Below, piece after piece: positions 22,389-32,920 of a DNA stretch of 34,165 bases. Made by a program: the position numbers and the translations under genes. The stretch lies in the IMG/VR virus record IMGVR_UViG_3300032320_000196, positions 1 to 34,165 of that record; one strand, written 5' to 3'. The number at the start of each line of letters is the position of its first letter. Within the stretch, counting starts at the first letter, position 1. The notes under the pieces are model-generated. The model saw nothing but the letters and a program-made list of their open reading frames with translations, had not been told where the DNA came from and made no database searches. The stretch comes from a virus. Its lineage: Duplodnaviria > Caudoviricetes.

Positions 22389-25030
22389 TACTCTTCAGTC
22401 ATTGGTTGAACAGCACCTCTAGCCGCACCAGTAGCAAAGTCTTGAATCGCATCACGACCCCAATCAATGCCAAACTTTTTACCAATCCTGATAGTCTCTT
22501 GAATCTTTTGTTGGTCAAAAGTGCCATTCTTCTGTTGAAGTGCCGAGAACACTTTTACTGCATCGGTAGGGTTTAACAACAAAGTTTTAAGTTTCTCTTC
22601 TGTTGCAGCAGATGCTTTGTTTGCCCAAAACTTACTCATCAATGAGCTAATGGCATAAAACGGCCCAGAAACGGGGTTTGTGAAGCGTGAGATAACTTGC
22701 TCTGGTGGTATGCCAACAACACTCTCAAATGGTGTTTTAGGGACTGTTTCAACTTTAAATGGCACATTGGTCAAGTCTCTGTTAAGTCTGCTAGAAACTA
22801 AAGCAAAGTCTTGAATCTTCTGAGCGTATGTTGGCCCAAAAACTCTGTTAAAAACAGCCGCTTTTGCTCTGTCATTTAATGTTGCAACTGGATCACCCGC
22901 ACGAACAATGTCATCCAACATGAAAGAACGAGCCGCATTTACTGCATCTTTGTTCGCTCCATACTGTTGCATAAACTTGTTTGTAAAGTTCACATCGCCA
23001 TACATTCTGGAAACCAACTCTTGTGGACTCTTAAAACCACCAGAACTTACGATTTGGTCACCAGCAACCTTCTTGAAGGCGGCATCCAAACGATTACGTT
23101 CTGCAATTAAGGCAGTAACATTGTTTGAAGCAGTACGAAGCTCATCCTCTAAGCCTGGCACTAAAGACATACCGCCTTGATTCTTGGCTAACCATTTATT
23201 AGCCGCTTTAGGGTCTAGGACATCGTTCTTTAAAGCCGCACGACTGAAACTGTCGTAGAAGGCATCTCGTGCTACACGAATACCATCTTCGCCTGTAGCC
23301 TTGATAAAGTCATCAACATTAGACTTGTTGCCAATGATTGCAGGAGCAATCTGCTCAACAAACTTCTTGCGGTCAACAGCCTTTAATGTCTCAGAATTAA
23401 ATGGCAAACCAACCTTCTGGAAATAAGAAGCATCAGCATTGCGATAAGCCTGAACAAAGTCAGGATCAAGGTTATCAATGTGCCCACCAACACGAGCCTT
23501 CAATTCAGACAATAGGCGAATATCAGCAGGTTCGCTAGTTTTGCGAAGTTGCTTATTGATTTCACGTTTTAGTGAGTCCAAATCTTCTACTGTAGCGGCA
23601 GAAAACTTGATTCCACCCTCGGTCATTGGCTTGCCTTCTGCGGTCAGAATAGGGCTTGGTGCTACTTCTGAAGGACGGAACTTTGCACGAACACGATTGT
23701 AGATAGATGGGAAAGTCTTAAAGATGTCAGATGCTTGCTCACCCGCAACAAAGTTGAAAATATCGTCAACAGAATTGGCGGGCAGCTCAACCTTTTTCTG
23801 TTTAGCAATGTCAAATGCTTCTGTATAAAGTGGCTTAACCAACTGATAAGCGGCATCTTCTTTGGCGGCAACAAGTGTAGAAACACGTTGACCAAACACA
23901 TTGGGGTCAAGAGTTGCATCTTTGTAAGTATCTGCAATCTGCTCATCAATAGTGCGAGTCCTACGGGCTTGTGGTTTAGCCAAGTCAAGTGGAGAAATAT
24001 TCACACTAACTTTAGATGGGTCACCAAACAATCGAACCTGACTAGCAGCCAAAGCCTGTTTTGCTTGTTCAAACTGATTGCCATATTGCGCTCTAAATAC
24101 AGGGTCTTTAGCCGACAAACTTTGAATCAACTGATTAACAACAGGATTGTCTGCCAACAAAGAACTCACAGGCATCTGTATTGGCGTACCACCAGGCGTT
24201 TTCAATGAAAGATTTTGTTGTGCTTTGGCGGCTTTAACAATGGTATCCATAATTGTTGGATCGGCAGCACCTGCGGCAATAAAGATATTACTAATTCGGT
24301 TGTCTACATCTCTAAGTAATTCATCTTCAGGAATAGTTCCACGAACCTTATCCAACTGAGCACGAGCAACATCAAACGCTTTGCCAGCTAAAGGAACTGT
24401 TTTTAATGTTGTTCCTAAAGCGTAAGAACCACCGCCACCACCTGCAATACTGCCAACAACTCGACCAGTAGTAGGAGCACCAAACTTCTCGCCAATATAT
24501 TCACCTGCTTGACCACCCGCTTCAGCAGTAGAGCCAATAACTTGTTGTTCAGCAGGACGCATTAGTGTTTGACCAAACAAACCCATTCGCCTTGTAGCCG
24601 CTAATGCTGGAAATAGATAACTATATGGAGAGGTAACTGCTTCTGTACCTTCTGCTGCAATCTTTTGAAAACCACCTTGTGGCTCTGCACCAGTAGTCCC
24701 CAAAGTCTCCATGACACTTTTGTAAACAGGCTGACGACCTGCTTGAAATGTCTCAACAATTCCACCTTGTGTGGGTGCAGGAGCAACAGTACCTCCACTA
24801 GCCCTCATACCCAAAGTCAATGGATTAACACCTGTACGCTCTAGGGCAGAAAATATAAGGTTAGATAAACCAGATGTAGTTCCTGCAAAACTTCCAACAC
24901 CTTTTCGTGCGGCTTCAGCCATCACAGCACCCGTAGAAGATGTTGGTTTGCCAGATAACTCTTCTAATTCTGCATCCGATAAAGGAGTATCGGATTGAAA
25001 GCGTTTTCCGTCAATTTCATAAATTGGCAT
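22388..25030 (-). CDS. Large internal virion/DNA ejection protein
   Basis: 880 aa, helical with Gly-rich hydrophobic patches; third of three post-tail genes. Confidence 0.75.
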   Translation of the reverse strand: MPIYEIDGKRFQSDTPLSDAELEELSGKPTSSTGAVMAEAARKGVGSFAGTTSGLSNLIFSALERTGVNPLTLGMRASGGTVAPAPTQGGIVETFQAGRQPVYKSVMETLGTTGAEPQGGFQKIAAEGTEAVTSPYSYLFPALAATRRMGLFGQTLMRPAEQQVIGSTAEAGGQAGEYIGEKFGAPTTGRVVGSIAGGGGGSYALGTTLKTVPLAGKAFDVARAQLDKVRGTIPEDELLRDVDNRISNIFIAAGAADPTIMDTIVKAAKAQQNLSLKTPGGTPIQMPVSSLLADNPVVNQLIQSLSAKDPVFRAQYGNQFEQAKQALAASQVRLFGDPSKVSVNISPLDLAKPQARRTRTIDEQIADTYKDATLDPNVFGQRVSTLVAAKEDAAYQLVKPLYTEAFDIAKQKKVELPANSVDDIFNFVAGEQASDIFKTFPSIYNRVRAKFRPSEVAPSPILTAEGKPMTEGGIKFSAATVEDLDSLKREINKQLRKTSEPADIRLLSELKARVGGHIDNLDPDFVQAYRNADASYFQKVGLPFNSETLKAVDRKKFVEQIAPAIIGNKSNVDDFIKATGEDGIRVARDAFYDSFSRAALKNDVLDPKAANKWLAKNQGGMSLVPGLEDELRTASNNVTALIAERNRLDAAFKKVAGDQIVSSGGFKSPQELVSRMYGDVNFTNKFMQQYGANKDAVNAARSFMLDDIVRAGDPVATLNDRAKAAVFNRVFGPTYAQKIQDFALVSSRLNRDLTNVPFKVETVPKTPFESVVGIPPEQVISRFTNPVSGPFYAISSLMSKFWANKASAATEEKLKTLLLNPTDAVKVFSALQQKNGTFDQQKIQETIRIGKKFGIDWGRDAIQDFATGAARGAVQPMTEE

Positions 25031-25039
25031 GATGCGTCC

Positions 25040-26293
25040 TTATTCTTCAATGACAGTAACAACTTTACCGCTTTTAAGCGTTCTAGTATTGGTTTTCTTC
25101 TGTACACCACCAGCACCTGAGAACTCTGGGAAATCAAGAGCTTGGTCAACACGAGCCTTTTCGTATCCAGGATTACTGTAAGCAATTTTACGTTGTGCTT
25201 CAATTTCAGTCTTAGCTTTGTTTGTAGAAACTTTCTTAATAGCTAAAAGTGTCTTCTTGATTTTTTCTTGTGTATCAAGGGTTGGGGTAGAAGTAAACAA
25301 TCTAGCTAAGTAATCAGCAGTTCCACCAAGCAATGACGGATCAGCACCAGCCGCTAACAATTCCTTCTGACTTAAATCTCCAGAACCAGAAATAGCCCTA
25401 GCAAATTGTGTTTGCGCTGCCCTAAAAGATGCAAAGTTGTTTGTATCAATAGAATCTTGGATATTTTCCAGAGCATTATCAGCAGCGGTTACTGCTTTAA
25501 GCTGAGGATCAATCGTGCGTTGAACACTTGCCCTAAATGCTGGAATATCTGCCAATTGTTTATCACCAGGCATTACATTGGTAATCGTAGTGCCTTTTCC
25601 TTCTCCCTTGGCTTTAATGGCGGCCTGTACTTGTGCCAATAGTGGAGAACCTGCTGGCAATGTTGCGGCATATTCTTGAAGTTTTTGAATCTCAGTTTTT
25701 GCTTCTGCTTTTTCGCCTTTAGCAGTCAAGCGTCTTAACTCTGCTAAACGAGTAGTCAATAAATTCTTAGCACGAGTACGCTCTGGGTCTGCGGGTAAAT
25801 CCTCAACTCGTGTTAATGCGTCTTCCAAAGTAGCAATCTCATTGGCAATCTGAATATCGTTGGGAGTTGCCTGTTGACGCTCACGAGCTGCTTGTGCCAA
25901 AGATGCTTTACCTGCCGCCAAACGCTGTTGTGTTTGAGCCATCTCACCTTGTGCTTGGCGAGCATATTGAGCCAATGCAAAAGCACCTTGTTGATCTCCC
26001 GCTTGTGCCAACATCTTTGCACCTTGCAAGATTGACTCAGGATCGTTCTGGTCTATCTGTTGGGCAATAGCGTTACGAGTGCTAATCATCTTCAGTTGAG
26101 GGTCTTCTACTCCAAAAGCACCACCAATAGCGTTACCAAGCCCTCTAGCACCCGCATAGGTCATTGCTGCACCACGAGAAGCAGGGTCTAGTTGAGCAAG
26201 GGTAATACCTTCTTGCAAAGCACTTCTACGTTGTTGCTCACCATACATTTCAGGGGTCAGCCCGAACAGACCCGCTACGATATTTTCTGCCAT
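25040..26293 (-). CDS. Internal virion/DNA ejection protein
   Basis: 417 aa, Ala/Gln-rich coiled coil. Confidence 0.7.
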   Translation of the reverse strand: MAENIVAGLFGLTPEMYGEQQRRSALQEGITLAQLDPASRGAAMTYAGARGLGNAIGGAFGVEDPQLKMISTRNAIAQQIDQNDPESILQGAKMLAQAGDQQGAFALAQYARQAQGEMAQTQQRLAAGKASLAQAARERQQATPNDIQIANEIATLEDALTRVEDLPADPERTRAKNLLTTRLAELRRLTAKGEKAEAKTEIQKLQEYAATLPAGSPLLAQVQAAIKAKGEGKGTTITNVMPGDKQLADIPAFRASVQRTIDPQLKAVTAADNALENIQDSIDTNNFASFRAAQTQFARAISGSGDLSQKELLAAGADPSLLGGTADYLARLFTSTPTLDTQEKIKKTLLAIKKVSTNKAKTEIEAQRKIAYSNPGYEKARVDQALDFPEFSGAGGVQKKTNTRTLKSGKVVTVIEE

Positions 26294-26302
26294 GATGATT
26301 CC

Positions 26303-28330
26303 TTACAAATATAAGCCAATGTCTTGGTTGCCATAATAGTTACCAGTACCAAATGTGGTTGCTGGCGCACTCATAGCCGTTGTTGCTGGAACACCACCAA
26401 ATAACCCACCTAGAAACTGACCAAATTGATTAGAAGAACCTACACCACCTAATAGTGTTGAGTAAGGGTTAGTTGTTGCCGCAGGGCCAGTAGCCAATCG
26501 AGTACTAAATTCAGCACCAGACAAGCCTAAACGACCCACATTAGCACCCGCTTGAGATATCTGTTGAGCTAAACCAGTACTCATGCCAAATGGTTGTTGT
26601 CCCAAAGCCTCAAGCCCTTGAACCTGTCCCAAAGCAGTCGTATAAGGAGCATAAGCCGCTTGTTGACCACCATAGTACTGACCCATTGTCTGTGCGCCTG
26701 TACCAAGCAATCCCGCACCAAACTGGACTTGTTGTTGACCAAACTGTTGAGCATTAGCCGCCAATTGAGCCTCTTGTTGCGCTCTAGCGTTAAACAAAGC
26801 CTGTAGTTCAGGAGTAGTAGCACCCATAGTGCCACCTTGAGCCACAGATAGACCGCCACGACCTTGTTGTTGGAGTCTGTTTTGCAATGTAGCCAACTCT
26901 AACTCTCTGCCTGGTTGCAAGAGAGCCATCTGACTCTTCAAGTAGTTTTCTGCAACTTTTTCTGGTGTTTCAGCAAGATACTTATTACCTAAAGCAAACA
27001 AACTTTGTGCGCCTGTTTGAAGAGGGGCAAATTGTGTTTGTGCCGCTTCTGCTTGTGTTAAACCAAGACCTGCCAAAGTATTCAATCTATCTTGTTGTGC
27101 TTTAGCTTCAGGGCTTAGTGTGTATCCTGCGGTAGTCATTTGACCTGTTACTGGATCAAACTTAAATTCTGAAGTACCAAAACGAGTAGTCATTCCGATA
27201 GGTCTAAACTGAGCCGCTTGTTTAGCTGCAGTTGTCTCTCGATCAATCATTGCTTGCGCTGCAATAGCCGCATCACGAGATGTTTGTTGTTGCAGAAGAC
27301 CACCAACAGTAGTTGCACCAGATGTCAGTAAACCACCTAAATTTGTAGGATTTAAAACAGTCTTAACCGCACCAGGAATTAACGAGGTTAACGCTGTTGT
27401 AAGTGCTGGAGGAATTACTGGAGGAATTACTGAAGGTATTACAGAGGGTATTACTGAAGGTGTAACAGGAGGCACTACAGGAGGTACGACAGGTGGCACT
27501 ACGGGTGGCACTACGGGTGGCACGACAGGAGGTGTTACTGGAGGCACTACAGGTGTTGTTGGGGTTACTGGAGGTGTAACTGGTGTTACAGGAGTAGTAA
27601 CTGGAGGCGTTAGTAGTCCAGGCGTTAATCCGCTTCCACCCGTTAAATTTGTCAAAGTAGGTACAGCCGCACCCGTAGTTAAAGCAGTCGCTAGGGTTTC
27701 AGCACCCAAAGTACCACCCGCACCACCAAGAGCTATATCAAGTTGAGCCAATTGACCCATTGTTAAACCAGTAGTGCCAACAGTAGCCGCTCCAGCACCA
27801 CCAAACAATCCTGCACCATAACCACCTGCTAAAGCGGCTAGAACTACAGGGTCTGTAAGGGCTTGTCCTAATCCTTCTAAAAATGAACCTGCAACTTTTT
27901 GTTGTTGTGTAGTTTGTTGGTATTCACCAGTAGGAGAGTAATAATTGATGTTTCCACCAGGCTTGTTTTCACTAGCTTTGTATGTGATGACATTTTCTAG
28001 TCCACCAATCTGTTGATCTTCACCAGAACCAATTACTTGATTTATGGCTTGAACATAGGTATCACCAAGCAATACTGCTTGATTGGGAGGGACTGTAGTC
28101 GCTACTTGAGCAACAACTTGACCAACTGGAATTCCTGTTGCAGCCGCTATTTGAGTTGGATTCAAATTACCTTGGCTAACTAAATCAAGCACTACAGGTG
28201 CGGCTCTCTGCTCTGTTTGACCATACAAAGTGTAGTGGGCATCAGCAAACTCCTGTGGTGATAAACCATAGGAATTACTTTGATACGCAGCAGCAACATC
28301 TGGGTTTGCTGTGAAATAGTTAATAGCCAT
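26303..28330 (-). CDS. Internal virion/ejection (pilot-like) protein with Pro-Val linker
   Basis: 675 aa, Gly/Gln-rich C-terminal half, PPVV repeats. Confidence 0.7.
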   Translation of the reverse strand: MAINYFTANPDVAAAYQSNSYGLSPQEFADAHYTLYGQTEQRAAPVVLDLVSQGNLNPTQIAAATGIPVGQVVAQVATTVPPNQAVLLGDTYVQAINQVIGSGEDQQIGGLENVITYKASENKPGGNINYYSPTGEYQQTTQQQKVAGSFLEGLGQALTDPVVLAALAGGYGAGLFGGAGAATVGTTGLTMGQLAQLDIALGGAGGTLGAETLATALTTGAAVPTLTNLTGGSGLTPGLLTPPVTTPVTPVTPPVTPTTPVVPPVTPPVVPPVVPPVVPPVVPPVVPPVTPSVIPSVIPSVIPPVIPPALTTALTSLIPGAVKTVLNPTNLGGLLTSGATTVGGLLQQQTSRDAAIAAQAMIDRETTAAKQAAQFRPIGMTTRFGTSEFKFDPVTGQMTTAGYTLSPEAKAQQDRLNTLAGLGLTQAEAAQTQFAPLQTGAQSLFALGNKYLAETPEKVAENYLKSQMALLQPGRELELATLQNRLQQQGRGGLSVAQGGTMGATTPELQALFNARAQQEAQLAANAQQFGQQQVQFGAGLLGTGAQTMGQYYGGQQAAYAPYTTALGQVQGLEALGQQPFGMSTGLAQQISQAGANVGRLGLSGAEFSTRLATGPAATTNPYSTLLGGVGSSNQFGQFLGGLFGGVPATTAMSAPATTFGTGNYYGNQDIGLYL
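27407..27607 (-). repeat. Degenerate 12-nt coding tandem repeat (PPVV/PPVT/PSVI)
   Basis: GGCACTACGGGT-like units on the plus strand. Confidence 0.85.
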
Positions 28331-28333
28331 AAC

Positions 28334-28474
28334 TTACTCCGCTTCTTTAGGAACTTGCGCTTCAGCCTGTTCTTTTATTTTAAGAATCAGAGGCCATACG
28401 CCTGATTTGCTTGGCAGTTCACCAAGCGTTTGCAATACAAAGTTAATCTCGTTAACTTCTAACTCTAGCTTCAT
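28334..28474 (-). CDS. Microprotein, 46 aa (MKLELEVNEINFVLQTLGELPSKSGVWPLILKIKEQAEAQ...)
   Basis: Hand-translated; ATGA-coupled. Confidence 0.75.
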   Translation of the reverse strand: MKLELEVNEINFVLQTLGELPSKSGVWPLILKIKEQAEAQVPKEAE

Positions 28475-28770
28475 GCTTGACCCCAAGGTGTGCCAGTAGC
28501 AGTAACAGGGTTCTTCTGCAAAGCAATGTTAGCTGCCAGAGCATCTTCTGTCGCTTGTTTATCAACACCATTAGCCCACACCCAACCAAGGACTGTTTCT
28601 TGTGTCAGTTCTGCATAGGGAATCGTTGGTGTGCCATCAGACCATGAGCAAGTTGAGTAGATAGAGGCTGTGTAGTCTCCATCTACGGCTGTGGCTCTCC
28701 AATGTGCTGTGGTTACAAAGCCGTTTGAGGTTTCACGCTCAAGAGTTGAGATTGTCCAAGTTACTGACAT
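28471..28770 (-). CDS. Tail-fibre-associated small protein
   Basis: TWTI..L..V.TAHW...IPYAELT..VLGWV..PW pattern directly after the fibre gene. Confidence 0.7.
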   Translation of the reverse strand: MSVTWTISTLERETSNGFVTTAHWRATAVDGDYTASIYSTCSWSDGTPTIPYAELTQETVLGWVWANGVDKQATEDALAANIALQKNPVTATGTPWGQA

Positions 28771-28782
28771 GATATTTTCCTT

Positions 28783-31365
28783 TTAAAGATTGGCGGCATC
28801 AAGTCGTGCCTCAAGTTGCTCAATTCGTTCCATTGCTTCTTGCAGGGCTTTCACTGCCTTCATGTACAGAATGGATGTTTTAATTGTTTTAATTTGACCT
28901 AATTCTGGATCAGCACTTTCTGAAACAAGTCCAGGGCAAATCAGTTCTAGCTCTTGCGCTACCAAACCCATTAATGTTGGTGCAACAAAACCTTCAGTAT
29001 TTTCTGTTGATGCTTCAAACTGTGTGTCTTTGTTAAGTTTATATTTAACAAGATTAAGTTGCTTAATGTCATTCCATTGTGATGTGGCTTGACCAACAAC
29101 TGTTTTTACTCTTGCATCAGAGATTGTTCCGTAGCTACCATTGATGTTTGTTGCATTGCCATTTCGGGCAATCCTGAATGAATATTCATATCCACTTTCA
29201 GTAAATGTTCTAAACCAAGTGCCATTTAATGTAGCTGAGTCACCAGAAATAGTTGCCGTTCCAGTTGATGAAATGTAATCAGCCGAAATCTGGCATGTTC
29301 CACCTGATGTATTTCCTACAGTTACAGCAGCCCTTGTACCAGCGGTTATGCCATTAGCTTCGCCTACAGTCATTAATTTGTTAGGGCCAACAGTTAATAA
29401 CTGTGTTCCATCGGTGTTGCCAATTAACAAATTACCCGATGCCGTTATTCTGGCTCGTTCTGTTGCGTCTGTATAGAAAATCATCGGGTATGCACCCGTT
29501 CCATACAAAATCTTGTTATTGCCACCAGCGTTGTTGCCAACAATAAAAGTGCTTGTGCCGTTGTTAAATGTTACCTGTGGTGCTGTTGCATCGTAAACAG
29601 TTAGCTTTGTAGATGGCGAACTTGTACCAATACCCAACCCTGTTGAGGTGAGGCGCATTTGTTCTGCGCTACCACCAGCCGAGAACTTAATTGAACTAGC
29701 CGCATTGTCAGTCATCAAGACAATATTTTTAGCGGTATAGATATAGGCATCACCAGAAGTTAATGAGCCATAACCAGTGCCAAAATAAGTACCAAAAGTG
29801 CTGTCACCCGTGGTGTTAACCATTCTTGTAGATATATCATTTGCAACACCAGCACCGCCAACATTTAAAACTGTTCCATTAAAACTTAGCGCAGACCCAG
29901 TAGCCAATGCACTAGAACTAGATGCGTAAACCACACCGCCTGATGTGAATGATGTTAGGTTTGTACCGCCATTGGCAGTAGGTAAAGTTCCTGTCACTCC
30001 AGTTGTCAATGGCAAACCAGTTGCATTAGTCAATGTTGCGCTTGCGGGTGTTCCCAAGACGGGAGCAACAAGAGTCAATGCTGTGCCATTAGTAGTAGCA
30101 CCTGTGATGCCACCAAAAGAACCTGCATTGTTATATTGAACTTGAGTTGTAGAACCGCCAGGTGTTCCACCACCACCGCCAGAAGCCGCAATTGTTTGAT
30201 TAGGCCATGTGCCAGTAACAGTTACGTTTGTTCCTGCAACAATGCTAGGAGTCGCTGTTCCTGTACCACCATTGGCGACAGGGAGAGTTCCTGTTACACC
30301 AGTAGACAAAGGCAAACCAGTTAAGTTAGTTGCAGTACCGCCCGATGGAGTACCCAAAGCACCACCATTGACCAAAACTGCACCAGAAGAGCCTGTATTG
30401 ACCGCTAGAGCCGTTGCTACACCAGTGCCTAGACCAGACACACCAGTAGCAATTGGAAGCCCTGTAGCGTTCGTTAAAGTTGCGCTAGTAGGTGTTCCAA
30501 GGATAGGAGTCACCAAAGTAGGTGATGTAGCAAATACTGCTGAACCTGATCCTGTTTCATCCGTCAAAGCACCTGCAAGATTGGAGGAGCTAAATGAACC
30601 CAAAGAGGTTGCATTGCCAACAGAAGTGACTGCACCTGTTAAGTTAGCGTTAGTGGTGACATTACCTGCTGTCAAACCAGAGGCAGTGCCTGTGATGTTT
30701 GTGCCTACCAAAGCAGATGGAGTGCCAAGAGCAGGAGTTACTAAAGTAGGGCTATTGGCAAATACCAAAGCACCTGATCCTGTTTCGTCAGTAACGGCAG
30801 AAGCCAAGTTAGCAGATGATGGTGTACCCAAGAAAGTAGCTACACCAGTACCCAAACCACTTACGCCAGTTGAGATCGGCAGACCCGTAGCATTTGTCAA
30901 AGTCGCAGAAGCAGGAGTTCCCAATGTGGGAGTCACCAAAGTAGGACTGTTTGACAACACTACATTGCCTGTACCAGTAGATGAAGTTACACCAGTACCA
31001 CCATTTGCTACGGGCAAAGTGCCAGTAATGTCAGAAGTAGAAAGGCTTACCGCATCCCATGTAGCATTAGTGCCATCAGTTTGGAGATACTTGTTTGCGT
31101 TACCTGTTTGACTAGGCAAAAGATTATTCAGAGCAGCAGTAGCCGTAGAAGCACCTGTACCGCCATCAGCAACCGCTAAATCTGTAATACCAGTGATTGA
31201 ACCACCAGTAATATTGGCAGAAGCATTGTCTGTTTTTGTGCCAATAGCAGTCTGAATATTGTTAAATTCAGTATCAATCTCAGCACCCTTAACAATCTTT
31301 AAAGGATTGCCAGGTGATAAGTTATCTTTAGAAGCGAAATTGGTTGATTTTGTGTAATTCGACAT
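28783..31365 (-). CDS. Tail fibre with C-terminal intramolecular chaperone (peptidase S74-like)
   Basis: T/G/S-rich repeats, GLGIGTSSP/ERARI modules, SDARVK cleavage motif, GLVAQE and terminal coiled coil. Confidence 0.88.
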   Translation of the reverse strand: MSNYTKSTNFASKDNLSPGNPLKIVKGAEIDTEFNNIQTAIGTKTDNASANITGGSITGITDLAVADGGTGASTATAALNNLLPSQTGNANKYLQTDGTNATWDAVSLSTSDITGTLPVANGGTGVTSSTGTGNVVLSNSPTLVTPTLGTPASATLTNATGLPISTGVSGLGTGVATFLGTPSSANLASAVTDETGSGALVFANSPTLVTPALGTPSALVGTNITGTASGLTAGNVTTNANLTGAVTSVGNATSLGSFSSSNLAGALTDETGSGSAVFATSPTLVTPILGTPTSATLTNATGLPIATGVSGLGTGVATALAVNTGSSGAVLVNGGALGTPSGGTATNLTGLPLSTGVTGTLPVANGGTGTATPSIVAGTNVTVTGTWPNQTIAASGGGGGTPGGSTTQVQYNNAGSFGGITGATTNGTALTLVAPVLGTPASATLTNATGLPLTTGVTGTLPTANGGTNLTSFTSGGVVYASSSSALATGSALSFNGTVLNVGGAGVANDISTRMVNTTGDSTFGTYFGTGYGSLTSGDAYIYTAKNIVLMTDNAASSIKFSAGGSAEQMRLTSTGLGIGTSSPSTKLTVYDATAPQVTFNNGTSTFIVGNNAGGNNKILYGTGAYPMIFYTDATERARITASGNLLIGNTDGTQLLTVGPNKLMTVGEANGITAGTRAAVTVGNTSGGTCQISADYISSTGTATISGDSATLNGTWFRTFTESGYEYSFRIARNGNATNINGSYGTISDARVKTVVGQATSQWNDIKQLNLVKYKLNKDTQFEASTENTEGFVAPTLMGLVAQELELICPGLVSESADPELGQIKTIKTSILYMKAVKALQEAMERIEQLEARLDAANL

Positions 31366-31375
31366 GGTTTACCTC

Positions 31376-32920
31376 TTACCCTATTTTGCCATCTTTGGCT
31401 TGAATTTCAATCTTTTGCAAGGAAAATGAAGAATTGTTAATGGTTGTTTCATAACCAGTTTGAACAATCTTTCCCGCACCTGAAGCATTGGCAGTCAGAG
31501 TCTTAATCGGAACACCACTTGTGTATTCAGCAATGTTGTATTCAGCAATACCATACTCATAGCTTATTTGCGTAGGAATATAGACATTCTCTGATTGATA
31601 AGCACCAGAATAATCAAAGCCCCACTTGATCGTTAAAAACTGATTAGAACCACCAATAACGATGGCTGTAATATTTTTAAGGATGGAAATCTGATTAGGG
31701 TTTCCTAAGTCAGCATTGTTTGTGTAGTACGCAAATCGGTACGTTAATGTGTCATCAAGATAACCTTGATACTTACCAATATAGCCATTCTTGCCAATGT
31801 ACAAATCACCATTACGCAATGAACGTAAAGCAGTTGGAGCAATTGAATCCCACTTCGTTACACGGGAAGCTCCATCTTGCAAAGATTGCTTGGTATCAAA
31901 GCAGTAAACTTGGAAAGTAGCAGGTAAAACAAGCAGATAAAAGGCTTCTTTTTCTGAGTAAACAGACTTCAGATTAGCCAATGTTTCGCTTGCTAATGAT
32001 GAATTTAGGTCAAAACGAACATTCTTAGACAAGTCTCTCAGGGGTGCAGACTTCTCTTGAATTGTCCTCATCAGTGAACGAACACCTGAGTCTGACAAGA
32101 AAATAACATCAGAGCCAACGCTTTGAATGGTATCTCTAGCAATACATCCGATAGAGCCAATTGTGTCGCTCAGAACCAAGGATGCGGGTGTTGAAGCACC
32201 AGAATAGACAAGAATCTGTCTCTTGCCAAAGATAAACAAGAAATCATTGTGAGCTGCCAAGCCCATAACTTCATCAGCACCATTAGGCCACACACGAGAT
32301 ACATCTAATGAGCCTGAAGTGCCACCACCCCATACATGACCTGCAATAAGATCAGAGAAGGTAACAGTTACTTTGTCAGTAGAGGTATTAGCCACCCACA
32401 AACGACCAAATGCTGAAATAGCAATGTTTGCTTGAGGAACAGTAGCCACATAGCCTGACTTCTCAGAGACTCTGCGATAAGTAGTTGTACTTACTGCGGG
32501 GTCATAAATGAGTGGATCGTGACCAGTTTGGAAGAAGTATGCAATCCCATTTAAGGAGGCAGTTTGCCAGTTAGATGCCGTGATAGTAGGAGCAGTGCCA
32601 CCACCACCATAGGTCAACTCAGTCACCGCATTAGAAGTGCCAAGTTTAAATATCTTGTTGTTGCCAGCAAATAGAACTGTAAGAGTTCCGTCAGTCTGGA
32701 CTAACTCATGGATCACGCCAACGTCATTAGCACCGAGGTTTCCAGAGGAAGAGTTAACCCTTGACCAACCTTTTCTAGCACCAATACGACCATACTGATC
32801 CAAGATGCAGTTAGTAGCAACCAATGCAAAGCCAGCCCCTAAATCAAGGGGAGAATCTTCAGTATTCAGGCCATAAAAGCCTGGTGCTGAGAGACTGTAA
32901 CTTTGAAGTTGTGCTGCCAT
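31376..32920 (-). CDS. Tail nozzle/DNA stabilisation protein (P22 gp10/T7 gp12-like)
   Basis: 514 aa beta-propeller-like; GLNT.DS start, IGCIA motif. Confidence 0.8.
   Translation of the reverse strand: MAAQLQSYSLSAPGFYGLNTEDSPLDLGAGFALVATNCILDQYGRIGARKGWSRVNSSSGNLGANDVGVIHELVQTDGTLTVLFAGNNKIFKLGTSNAVTELTYGGGGTAPTITASNWQTASLNGIAYFFQTGHDPLIYDPAVSTTTYRRVSEKSGYVATVPQANIAISAFGRLWVANTSTDKVTVTFSDLIAGHVWGGGTSGSLDVSRVWPNGADEVMGLAAHNDFLFIFGKRQILVYSGASTPASLVLSDTIGSIGCIARDTIQSVGSDVIFLSDSGVRSLMRTIQEKSAPLRDLSKNVRFDLNSSLASETLANLKSVYSEKEAFYLLVLPATFQVYCFDTKQSLQDGASRVTKWDSIAPTALRSLRNGDLYIGKNGYIGKYQGYLDDTLTYRFAYYTNNADLGNPNQISILKNITAIVIGGSNQFLTIKWGFDYSGAYQSENVYIPTQISYEYGIAEYNIAEYTSGVPIKTLTANASGAGKIVQTGYETTINNSSFSLQKIEIQAKDGKIG

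Noticed and set aside
27407-27607. CRISPR-like or non-coding repeat array
   Set aside because: In-frame coding repeat with synonymous variation and no spacers
28783-29400. Diversity-generating retroelement target in the tail fibre
   Set aside because: No reverse transcriptase and no template repeat seen
30209-31111. 300-aa plus-strand ORF
   Set aside because: Antisense shadow of the Thr/Gly-rich tail fibre with no RBS or context
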